64,000 nt of DNA from an uncultured Mageeibacillus sp. Its GTDB lineage: Bacteria > Bacillota > Clostridia > Saccharofermentanales > DTU023. The DNA lies in contig CAYFTG010000006.1 in assembly GCA_964346175.1 (NCBI GenBank), positions 753 through 64,752 of the forward strand. The letters run 5' to 3'. The notes below the pieces were generated by a model, which was given only the letters and a program-made list of their open reading frames with translations, did not search any database and was not told the origin of the DNA. Within the stretch, counting starts at the first letter, position 1. The number at the start of each line of letters is the position of its first letter. The position numbers were made by a program, and so were the translations under genes. Shown here in pieces: positions 19,411-29,666 of this stretch.

Positions 19411-20673
19411 CTAGATGTCATAAAAAGATAACTGACGCTTATCAAATGCTGTCTCTGTCTTCTCTTGCATTTCTTTGTGTTTGCGAACCACGGATTTAAT
19501 CTTCTCTGCAGGTGCCATGAGCTGAGATAGTGAGGCGTCATGATTGAGCGCATTGATCAGCTGGGCCATATCATCCGCCATGGGTACAGGAGTATACCAA
19601 GGAGCTGATACTACTGAGGGAGGAAGATAGGAGAGGTCTGAGGAGAAAATCCTCTCGATGATACCGCTTTCCCAAGCTTGGTGCATACGGGAAGTGCCAT
19701 CGGTGAATTGGACGAAGGAGGTGAAGCAATAGACGCGCTTTGCGCCCTGAGCTTTGAGATAGGCTGCACACTCGATCAAACCGTCGCCGTTGTCCAAAAG
19801 GTCACCGATCACCAAGATGTCTTTGCCTTCGACCGAATCTCCCAGGTAGGCGAGAGAACTACGTTCATACCTTTGACCATCGACATAATCATAGCTGTGT
19901 TTGGTGTGAAAAATCCCCAGCTGCAATTGCATGGTCGAAGCGTAGAATATTGAGCGGTTGATGTTAACTTCATTCGGCGCGACTACCATCATTTTCCTTG
20001 GATCTACCTGCAAATCTCCGCAATCTTGTAAGAGTGTGCGGATGAACTGGAAAGATGTGGGGAACGATTCGAAATTGTCATAGGGGACGGCGTTGGCTAC
20101 GCGACTGTCCGGCGCGTCGAAGGTGATAAAGTTGTCTATACCCAGACCGAAGAGATGTCTTAGCATTTCGCCGCAGTCCAGCGATTCTCTCTTTTCGCGA
20201 CGGAAACGTCTACCCTGGTAGAGATAGGGCATGATGACATTAATGCGCAAAGCAGAATCCTTGCTTGCAACTATTAGTCGGGTTAAGTCCTTGTAATGTT
20301 CGTCCGGTCCCATTGTGACCGGTCTGCTGTAGCGTTCATAAGTTTTGCCATGATAAAGAACATCAGTAATGATGTAGAGATCGTGTCCGCGCACTGTGTC
20401 GAGTACGACTGCTTTTCCTTCACCGGATTTAAAGCGCGAAAGGTCGACGTCAATGCGATAATCATCTCTAAGATAACCTGTAAATTTGGCGATATCCGGA
20501 ACCATCTCCGCGTAAGCTTCGCGTCGGAGGCGCAGCTGACGATTGATACGGTCAGCAAGGTGATCCTCTATCTGGGCGCTTATAATTGCAATTGGTCCAA
20601 GCGGATTGAGCATTGTGTCATCTTTTAAGATGTTTCTCGGTGACCCGCCCGCCGGAAACTTAAGTTCATTCAT
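19411..20673 (-). CDS. ribose-phosphate pyrophosphokinase-like paralog with degenerate active-site motifs
   Basis: 420 aa, colinear with the downstream paralog. Its motifs are altered: LYQGRRFRRE, ITFDAPDSRV (His lost) and ILVIGDLLDNGDGL in place of the DD..S.G ribose-5-P loop. Confidence 0.65.
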   Translation of the reverse strand: MNELKFPAGGSPRNILKDDTMLNPLGPIAIISAQIEDHLADRINRQLRLRREAYAEMVPDIAKFTGYLRDDYRIDVDLSRFKSGEGKAVVLDTVRGHDLYIITDVLYHGKTYERYSRPVTMGPDEHYKDLTRLIVASKDSALRINVIMPYLYQGRRFRREKRESLDCGEMLRHLFGLGIDNFITFDAPDSRVANAVPYDNFESFPTSFQFIRTLLQDCGDLQVDPRKMMVVAPNEVNINRSIFYASTMQLQLGIFHTKHSYDYVDGQRYERSSLAYLGDSVEGKDILVIGDLLDNGDGLIECAAYLKAQGAKRVYCFTSFVQFTDGTSRMHQAWESGIIERIFSSDLSYLPPSVVSAPWYTPVPMADDMAQLINALNHDASLSQLMAPAEKIKSVVRKHKEMQEKTETAFDKRQLSFYDI

Positions 20674-20735
20674 ATAAGTCCCTCCATATGTGTATGATTA
20701 TAGCAGAGTAATATTAGCGAAAAAAGGAGTTAACG

Positions 20736-21359
20736 ATGTCAATACGCTTCAATAAAGTAGACTTAACGGCAGTAGCGGCACAAATTGAGCAATTTCCTAA
20801 ACAGCCCTTGCCCGAAATCATAATGGTCGGTCGTTCAAACGTAGGGAAATCCACTTTGCTGAACGCCTTATGCCGTAACAAAAACCTGGCTCGAACCAGT
20901 CGTACACCCGGCAAGACCCAGCTGGTTCTTTTCTTCACGGTGGACGACAGCTTTTACCTAGTGGATCTGCCCGGTTACGGCTATGCGCAGACTTCACGCG
21001 AGCAAGAGAGGAAGTTCTCGCAAGTGACGGATCAGTACTTCCGGCAAGAGAGGTTGCGGGCTGCAGTTCTTTTGCTAATTGATATAAGGCGCGGCTTCGG
21101 CGATCTGGATTGGCAAATGGCTGATTACTTGGATCATTATCACATCCCGTGGCAGGTGGTCTTGACCAAGTCGGACAAACTCTCACGCTCGAAGCAAAAC
21201 GATGCTCGTTTCAGCATCATCAGAGAATTAAACGAGAGAAGAAAAGTGCTGGGAGCTGAAAGCTTCCACTTGGAAGATCCGATCATGGTATCAGCTACTA
21301 CTGCTAATGACGCAGGTGTGGAGAATCTGAGGCGCTTTATTACATCGCTTGTAAAATAA
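20736..21359 (+). CDS. engB: ribosome biogenesis GTPase YsxC/EngB
   Basis: 207 aa. G1 GRSNVGKSTLLNAL, G3 DLPGYGYA and G4 TKSDK. Confidence 0.9.
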   Translation: MSIRFNKVDLTAVAAQIEQFPKQPLPEIIMVGRSNVGKSTLLNALCRNKNLARTSRTPGKTQLVLFFTVDDSFYLVDLPGYGYAQTSREQERKFSQVTDQYFRQERLRAAVLLLIDIRRGFGDLDWQMADYLDHYHIPWQVVLTKSDKLSRSKQNDARFSIIRELNERRKVLGAESFHLEDPIMVSATTANDAGVENLRRFITSLVK

Positions 21360-21428
21360 AACGCCAAATTGACTGGGCTCAGCCTTATACTGCGAGCAAA
21401 GTAGGTTTGTGTCGGCCGCTCTTTCCTT

Positions 21429-23732
21429 ATGCTTCAAAGTATGAGGAAAGCACTGCAAAACATTACTGAGCGTCCGGGACTCTGCCTCTTTTTTCTGCTG
21501 CTGGGGTTGAGCCATTTACTTACAGAAATTTCCTTAAATAGAGCAGTTGAATTTTCGGAGGGGGAGCGGATTCTTGTTAGCGGTCGCATTGTTGAAGTCG
21601 CTTTGCCGCAAAAAAGCAGTGATGATTACCGACGAATCAAGATTCGGCTCGATCGTCATACTGTCATTTCCTTAAGTCTTAAACTGAGCGGACTAGCGCA
21701 AGGCACTTCGGCTGAGGAGATCAAGCGAGGCGCCACAATTAGCGTCAGCGGTATTTATACCGGAGGAAATGTGGCGCAGAATCCCGGAGGTTTTAGTGAG
21801 AGAGATTGGTTTAGGTCGCAGGGAGTCAGTGGCAAACTCACGCAGCCAAAACTAAGTGCGGTGGAAGCGGCTCCGCTTTTATACCGTCCACTAAATTATC
21901 TCGACGATTTTCGTCTGAAAGTACTCAAATTATTGGAGGAAAGTTTTAGCGCTGAGGGAGCGGAAGGGGCTCCAAGAGAAAGCGCAGATTTCCAGCTAAG
22001 TTCTGTTGGCATATTGCCGGCTTTGTTGATGGGACACACCGCGGGTATGACGGCGTATACCGGCAAGGCCTTGAGTGAAGCGGGTGCCTATCATTTGCTT
22101 TGTGTTTCGGGGATGCATTTGATGTTTTTTTTGTTGCCGATTCGCCGGGTTTCCGCTTGGGCCGCCCTGAGCTTTAATACTAAGCGCAAGCTCTTGTCTG
22201 TGTTGGTACTGTTTCCGGGACTGCTAAGCGGTTTCGGTCATGGCATCAGCCGAGCGACTTTGCTCTTCTATTTGTCGTCTCTTGACAGCAGAGTACTAAG
22301 GCGCGCTGATCGGATAAATTCCCTAGCTCTGGCGGCTTGTGTTCTGCTCGTGATTCAACCTTTCGCAGTGCGCCAGAATGGGTTTTGGATGAGCTTTATT
22401 GCAGCCGGCTGTCTGAAACTGCTGTCACCCGATACGGGGAAGCGTTTACTGGATGACCTGATCAGCACCTTGGCAGTTTTCCTAATTCTTTTGCCCTTAA
22501 CTGTAAAACAACAACAGGGTGCCAATCTATTGGCACCATTCGCGAATCTGATTCTTATCCCCTTAGCGAGTTATTTGACTATTGTGGGTTTTTTGATTCT
22601 GTTTCTCAGCTTGATTTTTCCGTTTTTCAGTCTACAGATTCAATTTTTAGCCAGTTTCCTAACAGAGCCGGTGTTGCGGCTCTGGCTGGAACTCGTGTCT
22701 GTGGTGGCTAATTGCCGAAGTACGTTTTTCTGCAAGCGTGAGCTGATTCATGTTGCTGTTTTTCTTCTCCTGCTTCTGGCGATTTTTTACCTGCTGCGCG
22801 TGCGGTCGTATAAGCTGCTGTTTCCGGCTCTGCTCATATTAGTGACATTTCTCTTCGTGCCTGCAATTGAGAAGACGCGAAAAGATGAGCACATAGATAT
22901 TCTCTTTTTGGATGTAGGGCAGGGCGATGCAACCTTGATCCTGAGCAAGGAGAAGACGATTCTGATTGATGGTGGGGATGCAGGAATGGGCTATCAGCGG
23001 GTTTTGCCGGCTCTGCGCTCACAAGGGCGAGACCACGTGGATCTTGCCGTACTTACTCACGGACACGCAGATCATGTCTTGGGTGCGCTGGAATTGATGA
23101 GTCTAGGGCGCATTGATTGCCTATTGCTGCCGCAGCCGCCTAAGGCTCTGGAGGCTCAAGCTGTAGATACTCAAGAAGATCTCGACGTCCCGGATTTAGG
23201 CAGCAATCCCTTTGAGCAAAATGAGGCGGACTGGATGACCTATTTGATTTTCTGTGCTGACGAGAACGGGCTTAGCGTTAACTATATTATCTCTGATGAT
23301 AGTCTGAGCATGGACGGTTTAAACTTCTCTTTTATTGCGCCCGACTTGGAAGATTTGGCTCGAGGGGATGACCTTAATGACACCTCACTTGCCTTTTATC
23401 TCGATTACTACCGGCACAGTTTTCTTTTCACCGGTGATATGACCCGGGAAACGGAAGAACGCCTTGTTCGCTCGCAGCAACTGCGGCCTGTGGATTACTT
23501 ACATGTAGCTCATCACGGTTCCGGAATGACCACTAATGACAGCTTTTTGGAGCAGATTGAGGCGCGTTGGGCGATAATACCGGTAGGCGCTAACAATTTA
23601 TATAATCATCCACATCCCGACACAGTGGAAAGGCTGCAGGAGCATGCCGTCCGTACCGTTAGGTTGGATGAAAAACACGCCTTCTTCTTGCGGCTTTCTG
23701 AGGCAGATAGTAGGATAGTGTTATGGCGGTAA
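21429..23732 (+). CDS. comEC: DNA internalization-related competence protein ComEC/Rec2
   Basis: 767 aa. Polytopic competence domain (LLCVSGMHLMFF) and a C-terminal metallo-beta-lactamase domain (LDVGQGDA, LTHGHADHVLG, VAHHGS). Confidence 0.88.
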   Translation: MLQSMRKALQNITERPGLCLFFLLLGLSHLLTEISLNRAVEFSEGERILVSGRIVEVALPQKSSDDYRRIKIRLDRHTVISLSLKLSGLAQGTSAEEIKRGATISVSGIYTGGNVAQNPGGFSERDWFRSQGVSGKLTQPKLSAVEAAPLLYRPLNYLDDFRLKVLKLLEESFSAEGAEGAPRESADFQLSSVGILPALLMGHTAGMTAYTGKALSEAGAYHLLCVSGMHLMFFLLPIRRVSAWAALSFNTKRKLLSVLVLFPGLLSGFGHGISRATLLFYLSSLDSRVLRRADRINSLALAACVLLVIQPFAVRQNGFWMSFIAAGCLKLLSPDTGKRLLDDLISTLAVFLILLPLTVKQQQGANLLAPFANLILIPLASYLTIVGFLILFLSLIFPFFSLQIQFLASFLTEPVLRLWLELVSVVANCRSTFFCKRELIHVAVFLLLLLAIFYLLRVRSYKLLFPALLILVTFLFVPAIEKTRKDEHIDILFLDVGQGDATLILSKEKTILIDGGDAGMGYQRVLPALRSQGRDHVDLAVLTHGHADHVLGALELMSLGRIDCLLLPQPPKALEAQAVDTQEDLDVPDLGSNPFEQNEADWMTYLIFCADENGLSVNYIISDDSLSMDGLNFSFIAPDLEDLARGDDLNDTSLAFYLDYYRHSFLFTGDMTRETEERLVRSQQLRPVDYLHVAHHGSGMTTNDSFLEQIEARWAIIPVGANNLYNHPHPDTVERLQEHAVRTVRLDEKHAFFLRLSEADSRIVLWR

Positions 23733-24799
23733 AGAAGAAAAAATTGACATATGCAGCTTTGAGCAAAGAATTGGACGCAGAGCCCTTGCGCAAGATTTAT
23801 GTTTTGCTGGGACACGAGGAATATTTGATTAGCTACTTGCGAGACAAAATCTATGCTCAAGCTTTAGCTCCCGGCTGCGAAACCATGGATGCCGTAGTTT
23901 ACGACCCGGACAAAACCTCTAGTCTGAATCTGGAGAATTTAGTGGCCGACATTAGCACTCCGGCTTTTCTTTCGCCCTACAAGCTGGTGCATATCAAAGG
24001 ATCTAAACTCTTCCAACGGGCTCTAAGTGCCGATACTTTAGTTGAGTGGACTAAGATCGTCGAACATGTGGGTGAGGGAACAGTTTTGCTGTTCGAAGAA
24101 CGCCAAGACAGCGAGGACAGAGCTGTAAGACTCGATCACAAATTGCTGCGCCTTATCGAGGAGCATGATGGGGCAGTAGTGCGTCTGGATCGCCAGGGTG
24201 AGAATGAGCTTTTGAAATGGATTAGTGCTCAATGCAAATTCCGTGAGCTTAATATAACTCAGGAAGCAGCGCTTTCGCTTATTTCGCGTTTCGACTCATC
24301 GATGTCAATGATTCAGCAGGGTCTTGATGTAATTTTTCTGTATGTGGAAAGCCGGAACTTGCAATCAATTGATCTGGATACCGTAGACTTCCTGTGTCGT
24401 CCCGACCTGAGTGGTAGGGTTTTCGACTTGACCGATGCTTTGGCTGACGGCAATGTCGATCGCGCGCTGGACTATCTGGAGCGCTTGCTCGACCGGCGTG
24501 AAGCTCCTCTAGGTATTTTGGCCATGATCTCCAACCTCTCGCGGCGTCTACTGATCGCCAAAGAATTGAAAAATAGCTCTGCGATCATTCAAAGTGGAGT
24601 TACTACGAGCAGCTATTACGCGAACAAACTGTTACAGCAGGCGCGTTCATTTTCTCTGGAACAGCTAGAAGCCATGGTGGAAGCCTGTTTCCACTGTGAT
24701 CTCCTGATTAAAACCGGTGAGATGCAAGATCGCGACGCTCTGCTTGTTCTCATTATTCAATTGAGTAGTTTGAATAGAAAAACGGCAAAGAAGCTTTAA
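23723..24799 (+). CDS. holA: DNA polymerase III delta subunit
   Basis: 358 aa. N-terminal YVLLGHEEYLI and conserved synteny directly after comEC, with overlapping start and stop. Confidence 0.8.
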   Translation: MAVKKKKLTYAALSKELDAEPLRKIYVLLGHEEYLISYLRDKIYAQALAPGCETMDAVVYDPDKTSSLNLENLVADISTPAFLSPYKLVHIKGSKLFQRALSADTLVEWTKIVEHVGEGTVLLFEERQDSEDRAVRLDHKLLRLIEEHDGAVVRLDRQGENELLKWISAQCKFRELNITQEAALSLISRFDSSMSMIQQGLDVIFLYVESRNLQSIDLDTVDFLCRPDLSGRVFDLTDALADGNVDRALDYLERLLDRREAPLGILAMISNLSRRLLIAKELKNSSAIIQSGVTTSSYYANKLLQQARSFSLEQLEAMVEACFHCDLLIKTGEMQDRDALLVLIIQLSSLNRKTAKKL

Positions 24800-24846
24800 T
24801 TCAGCCCCGATCAACTCATTTTTCATCAATTAATTAAGAAGAAAGT

Positions 24847-24873
24847 AAGCATGTTTATGAATATGCTTTTTTT
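24847..24873 (+). terminator. rho-independent terminator after holA
   Basis: AAGCATGT/ATATGCTT stem (one G-U pair), 6-nt loop, then TTTTT. Confidence 0.6.
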
Positions 24874-24892
24874 AGAGAAAGGATTGATGTGA

Positions 24893-25585
24893 ATGAGTAA
24901 AGATTTATTAACGATGAAGGAGATTCCTGAAACGGAACGACCTTACGAAAAGGCTGAAAAATTAGGTATCGCTGCTCTGAGTGACGCTGAACTTCTGGCA
25001 ATTATTTTGCAGTCAGGCCAACGGGGAGTTACTGCAGTAGATTTGGCACATAAGGTTCTGCTGGAGGCAAATAATCTGGATGGACTTTTCGAGCTGAGCT
25101 TGGAAGAACTGCGTTCAATTTCCGGGATTGGCAGAGTGAAGTCTCTGAATATCATGGCTGCTCTTGAACTGGGACAACGTGCGTCCGCTTTGAGGGCCGG
25201 TCGTAAACGACATAAAGTCCACGGTCCTAATGACCTTTTTTCCTATATAGAGTCACAGCTGCGCTTTCAGCCGCGGGAGAAGTTTTACATAATAATGTTA
25301 GATACGAGAAATCGAGTCATTCGACATGTTCTCATCTCCAGCGGCGGACTGTCGGCCTCCGTGATCCAGCCGCGGGATATTTTCCGCGAGGCGGTGAAGG
25401 CGAATGCGGCAGCGGTCGTGCTCGTGCATAATCACCCCAGCGGAGATGCTCTTCCCAGCGAAGCGGATCGTGTATCGACGCAACGATTAAGTGAAATCGG
25501 CCAAATGATGGGCGTGCAGGTGCTTGACCATATTGTTGTGGGCGCTGAGGGATGTCACAGTTTGCGCGCTTTGGGACTGATGTGA
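24893..25585 (+). CDS. radC: RadC-family JAB/MPN domain protein (UPF0758)
   Basis: 230 aa. N-terminal HhH region (LSDAELLAIIL) and JAMM motif VHNHPSGDALPSEAD. Confidence 0.88.
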   Translation: MSKDLLTMKEIPETERPYEKAEKLGIAALSDAELLAIILQSGQRGVTAVDLAHKVLLEANNLDGLFELSLEELRSISGIGRVKSLNIMAALELGQRASALRAGRKRHKVHGPNDLFSYIESQLRFQPREKFYIIMLDTRNRVIRHVLISSGGLSASVIQPRDIFREAVKANAAAVVLVHNHPSGDALPSEADRVSTQRLSEIGQMMGVQVLDHIVVGAEGCHSLRALGLM

Positions 25586-25702
25586 TTTAAGGTGAATGAA
25601 AGCCTCCCACTTGAGCTGCTTGCTTCGCTTTGGCCTCTAATGTGCTAAACTAATTTGAGTGTTTTTAGATAATATTTTACATAGATCAAGGACGTCGGGA
25701 CG

Positions 25703-26566
25703 ATGAAAAGAAAAGCTCCGCGTACAATAATAATTGTTTTGGTTAGTGTGGCTTTACTGGCTACAGCCATTCTTACGGCGCTGCCGGGTTCGAGCCGGAC
25801 GGTTGTAGCTGATTTTTTCGGTCGCGTCTTTGATCCCATGATTTCGTTTTTCCAGTCAGGAGTAGATTCAGTAGGGGGCTTTTTCTCTGCTGTTAGCGAG
25901 AATAGGAAGCTGAAAGAAGAGATCGCTCAGCTGGAGCAAGACAACTTCGATTTGCGACAGCAGGTCAGGACCAATGAGGAAAAGGTTAAAGCCTATGACG
26001 AGCTCGAAAATGCTTTAAATTTAAAAAGCCGCTTTGAAGATTATGAGATCCTCGGCGGCATTGTGATAAATCGTTCTATTGGCCCCATGTTCGATCTTTT
26101 CCGCATCAATTTGGGCCGTGAAGACGGTATTCAGGTGACTGCTGATCGCTCCTATCCGGTTCTTGACAATCAGCAGGCACTTGTCGGTCGGCTCTATTCC
26201 AGTGAGTTGGGATCTTCTCGTGTGGTGCCTTTATTGCATGAAAGCTTCTCTATTAGTTCCAAAGTCGCAGCCTCTTCCGGCGCAAATTTCCGCGTGAGAG
26301 GCTCGCTCGAGTATAAAGATCAAGGACTTTGTCTGGCGGATCAGATAACGGAAGGAACTCCGCTGCGCGTGGGTGATGTGATCGTCAGCTCAGGCGACGG
26401 GGGTCTTTATCCGGAGGGAATTGTTATCGGTACAGTGCTTGAGGTTTTTACTGATAGCCAATCCAATGCTTTACAGGCTTTGATTGAGCCTATCGCTCAA
26501 GTGGAAGAGCTCAATTATGTTTTCGTTCTGCTGGATCATGCGCTCCCGTCGGATGTGGAAGGGTGA
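25703..26566 (+). CDS. mreC: rod shape-determining protein MreC
   Basis: 287 aa. TM anchor, coiled coil (ENRKLKEEIAQLEQDN) and a beta-barrel domain with GDVIVSSGDGGLYPEGIVIGTV. Confidence 0.88.
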   Translation: MKRKAPRTIIIVLVSVALLATAILTALPGSSRTVVADFFGRVFDPMISFFQSGVDSVGGFFSAVSENRKLKEEIAQLEQDNFDLRQQVRTNEEKVKAYDELENALNLKSRFEDYEILGGIVINRSIGPMFDLFRINLGREDGIQVTADRSYPVLDNQQALVGRLYSSELGSSRVVPLLHESFSISSKVAASSGANFRVRGSLEYKDQGLCLADQITEGTPLRVGDVIVSSGDGGLYPEGIVIGTVLEVFTDSQSNALQALIEPIAQVEELNYVFVLLDHALPSDVEG

Positions 26567-26570
26567 TCTG

Positions 26571-27134
26571 ATGCCGAGTATTTCCAGATCACTTCCTTTA
26601 TGGCAGCGAGTGTTTGTCTATACTTTATTGCTCTTCATCTTGGCAAGCATACAAGTATATCCCGCTCTGTGGACGCGATTTCCCGCTCCTGATTTTCTTC
26701 TCTTTTTGCCCCTAGTCATCGGTTTGACACGAGACGGTAGGGAAGGATTTGCTATTGGTCTTGTTGCCGGTTTTCTGCGAGACTACTTGGGTGGCAGGCT
26801 CTACGGCTTGGGCATGATGGAAGGAATGATTATCGGTTTGATCGCAGGACTTTTGTTTAGCGACACTAAGCGGGTTTTTTGGCGACGCTTCTTACTCTCC
26901 TGGCCGGCTCTTACTTTAAGTCACGAATTACTCATGCTTATGCTTTCTTATTTTTTCCCCTTGGACAGAAGTCTCCCTCTGAGTTTCGCCTCGATTTTGC
27001 GCAGCTCAGCTGAGAGATTACCCTATGTGTTGTTGGCAAATATGTTTGCAGCTGTGCTAATATTGTTCTTCCTATGGCTAGGTTTATATCACAAGCAAAA
27101 AAGAGAAAAGTCAGGTATTAGTAGAGGGATATGA
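26571..27134 (+). CDS. mreD: rod shape-determining protein MreD
   Basis: 187-aa polytopic membrane protein directly after mreC. The start is at the ATG at 26571, 4 nt after the mreC stop. Confidence 0.75.
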   Translation: MPSISRSLPLWQRVFVYTLLLFILASIQVYPALWTRFPAPDFLLFLPLVIGLTRDGREGFAIGLVAGFLRDYLGGRLYGLGMMEGMIIGLIAGLLFSDTKRVFWRRFLLSWPALTLSHELLMLMLSYFFPLDRSLPLSFASILRSSAERLPYVLLANMFAAVLILFFLWLGLYHKQKREKSGISRGI

Positions 27135-29494
27135 TCGTGAATCCGCTTACAAACAAGAATACCTCGGAGAAGGAAGGCGTTAAGCAGCAAAGACGCTTCT
27201 CTCGCTTACAGCGGCCGCGACGTTCGCAGAATTCTTTCCTGCGCAAATTTCTATCGAACCGCTATGCCTTTATGATTGTCCTGCTTTTCGTGATTTTTGT
27301 TTTGATGCTGCTGCGCACTGCCAACTTACAGCTCTTCGGTCAGACTACGCATACTGCTCTGGAATCGAGAGGTAATAGCAGCGAGCTGAGTTTGTCCGCA
27401 CCAAGGGGTGATATCGTCGACCGCAACGGAGTTCCCTTGGCGGTGAGTGATAGTATTAATACTATTTCTATTGTCAATGTGGGCATGGATAATGCGGCTT
27501 TTAATCGCATGCTGCTCGATTTGGCGCGCTTGTTTGAAGAAAACAATGTGGTGTCGGAGAGCGATTTCAGTAACTATTTGGATATTTCTCAGGCGGATCG
27601 CACGGCATACGAGAACGGAGCTCTCAGTGTAGAGAATTTCGTCTTTAAGCGTCCCTGGGAGGAGATCGAAGCCTTCCAAACGGATAACGATACCTTTAAC
27701 CTCTTCACTACGGAGAGCGCATCCAATCTGCGGGAAAGACAAAGGCTGGTTAAACAGACTCCGCGCGAATTGTTTGATTTTTTGCTCTACGATTTTTTTG
27801 AAATTGAGCCGGTTGCGGAAGAAGGGAACAGACTATATTCGGATTTCGAAGCCTTTCAAATTATGGAGCTACGATATCTGATTTTGAAAAATAATTGGAA
27901 TTTCCAAATCAGGCAACCGATTCTGCTGGCGGATAACGTTCCTGATTCTCTGATCAGTCTACTGAACGAGCAAAACTTCCGTTTTCCCGGCATCACCATT
28001 AGCCAAAGGTTCTTGCGCCGCTACACCAGCGATAGTGATATTGTGTCGCACGCTCTCGGCTATGTCGGTCGTATTTCATCTTCTGAATACGATGCTCTGG
28101 CGGATGAGGGTTACAGTATAAATGATGTTCTGGGCAAGACAGGTGTCGAGCAGGCGGCTGAACGTTACTTGCGCGGTACAGATGGCTCGCACACGGTGGA
28201 AACGTGGCGTGACCCGGAAACAGGGAACCCTGTTGCTTTCCCCGGTTCAGTGGGGAAAATTCCGCAAGCGGGCAATGAAGTCAGGTTGACTTTGGATATT
28301 AATTTACAACGTGTGGCCAGAGATAACCTTGAGCGCAAACTAAGAGAACTTCGTGGTTTTGAGCGCGGTGACAGAGTGATGAGTGCACCTGCCGGCAGCG
28401 TTATTGCGCTGGATGCAAAAACCGGAGCGGTGTTGGTTAATGCAAATTATCCGGATTATCGTGTCTCTGATTTTGTTGATCAATACCATGATCCACTGGC
28501 CGCTGCCCGAGTGCAAAAGTTGCTGACAGACACGGACACTTTGCCGCTTCTCAATCGCGGTATTTCGCAACCTTACACGCCCGGGTCGACATATAAACCG
28601 ATCACTGCCATGGCGGCTTTTGAGTCCGGAACTATTTCGTCTTATGATACTGTATATAGATGCAACGGACATGAGGAAATTGGCGGCTTAACTTGGCGCT
28701 GTCTCCAGCAGCCGTATACCGGTCATGGAGATTTGAATCTGCAGGCAGGATTGATGACATCATGCAACCTCTATTTTTATCAATTAGGTGTTGATGTCGG
28801 CATTGATGCCATCAGTGAAATGTCAGAAAAATTAGGCCTGGGAGAAAGCGTTGAGCTGGACATTCCGAACGAGAATATAGGTATACGCCCGAGCCGAGCT
28901 TTGAAACAGGAGCTCAATCCGAATCCTGCGGATCAGATCTGGTTTGTGGCTGATACGGCTCAAACCTCAATCGGTCAGTTCTATAATTCGTATACTATGT
29001 TACAGATGGCACGGGCAATCGGGGGTATTGCCACCGATTATTTAGTAACGCCGCATTTTATCAAAGAGGTTGTTGCGGAGGACGGTACCGTCTTGCTGCC
29101 CGAACAAATTGAACGTATTCCTTTGAATTTAGATCCGGCCGGACGCAGCATTATCATTCAAGGAATGACAAGTTTAACGACTTGGGATCAAGGGCGGACT
29201 GCTGAGTTGTTCAGGGATTTTCCGGTCTCGGTTGCGGCGAAAACCGGTACTGCCGAGATTGTTGGAAGGGACGGAAACATATATACCAACGCTGTTTTCG
29301 TTGCTTTTGCGCCGGCCGATGATCCGCAAATTGTTGTAAGTAGTATTTTGGAAGATTCTTCATACGGTGATCAGAGTGCAGACATCGCTTATCGAATCCT
29401 CTGTGAATACTTTGGACATACGCCCACACACGACTATATGGGACTTTATGATGATGAATCTGCACGATTAACTGAAGGATTTGCTAACTTTTAG
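27131..29494 (+). CDS. mrdA: penicillin-binding protein 2 (class B elongation transpeptidase)
   Basis: 787 aa. TM anchor, dimerisation domain and transpeptidase motifs STYKP (SxxK), SCN (SxN) and KTGTA. ATGA overlap with mreD. Confidence 0.88.
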   Translation: MIVNPLTNKNTSEKEGVKQQRRFSRLQRPRRSQNSFLRKFLSNRYAFMIVLLFVIFVLMLLRTANLQLFGQTTHTALESRGNSSELSLSAPRGDIVDRNGVPLAVSDSINTISIVNVGMDNAAFNRMLLDLARLFEENNVVSESDFSNYLDISQADRTAYENGALSVENFVFKRPWEEIEAFQTDNDTFNLFTTESASNLRERQRLVKQTPRELFDFLLYDFFEIEPVAEEGNRLYSDFEAFQIMELRYLILKNNWNFQIRQPILLADNVPDSLISLLNEQNFRFPGITISQRFLRRYTSDSDIVSHALGYVGRISSSEYDALADEGYSINDVLGKTGVEQAAERYLRGTDGSHTVETWRDPETGNPVAFPGSVGKIPQAGNEVRLTLDINLQRVARDNLERKLRELRGFERGDRVMSAPAGSVIALDAKTGAVLVNANYPDYRVSDFVDQYHDPLAAARVQKLLTDTDTLPLLNRGISQPYTPGSTYKPITAMAAFESGTISSYDTVYRCNGHEEIGGLTWRCLQQPYTGHGDLNLQAGLMTSCNLYFYQLGVDVGIDAISEMSEKLGLGESVELDIPNENIGIRPSRALKQELNPNPADQIWFVADTAQTSIGQFYNSYTMLQMARAIGGIATDYLVTPHFIKEVVAEDGTVLLPEQIERIPLNLDPAGRSIIIQGMTSLTTWDQGRTAELFRDFPVSVAAKTGTAEIVGRDGNIYTNAVFVAFAPADDPQIVVSSILEDSSYGDQSADIAYRILCEYFGHTPTHDYMGLYDDESARLTEGFANF

Positions 29495-29666
29495 TTTAAA
29501 AAATGTTATAATTGAAAAATAAGTATATGCTAAATGCACAAATATATTGTATAGTGTACTTATTGAGTGCTCAGCGAACTTCGTTTATAATAATGCGAAG
29601 AATCCGGGCAAGAAAAATGGGGAGGTAGAGAGCGCGTTAATTTATTAAAACGCGCCTTAAAAAAAA

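Noticed and set aside
29632-29655. Perfect 7-bp hairpin GCGCGTT/AACGCGC upstream of the MGS-like gene, considered as a possible terminator.
   Set aside because: It is followed by an A-run rather than a T-run on the plus strand, and on the minus strand the T-run precedes the hairpin. It does not fit an intrinsic terminator on either strand.
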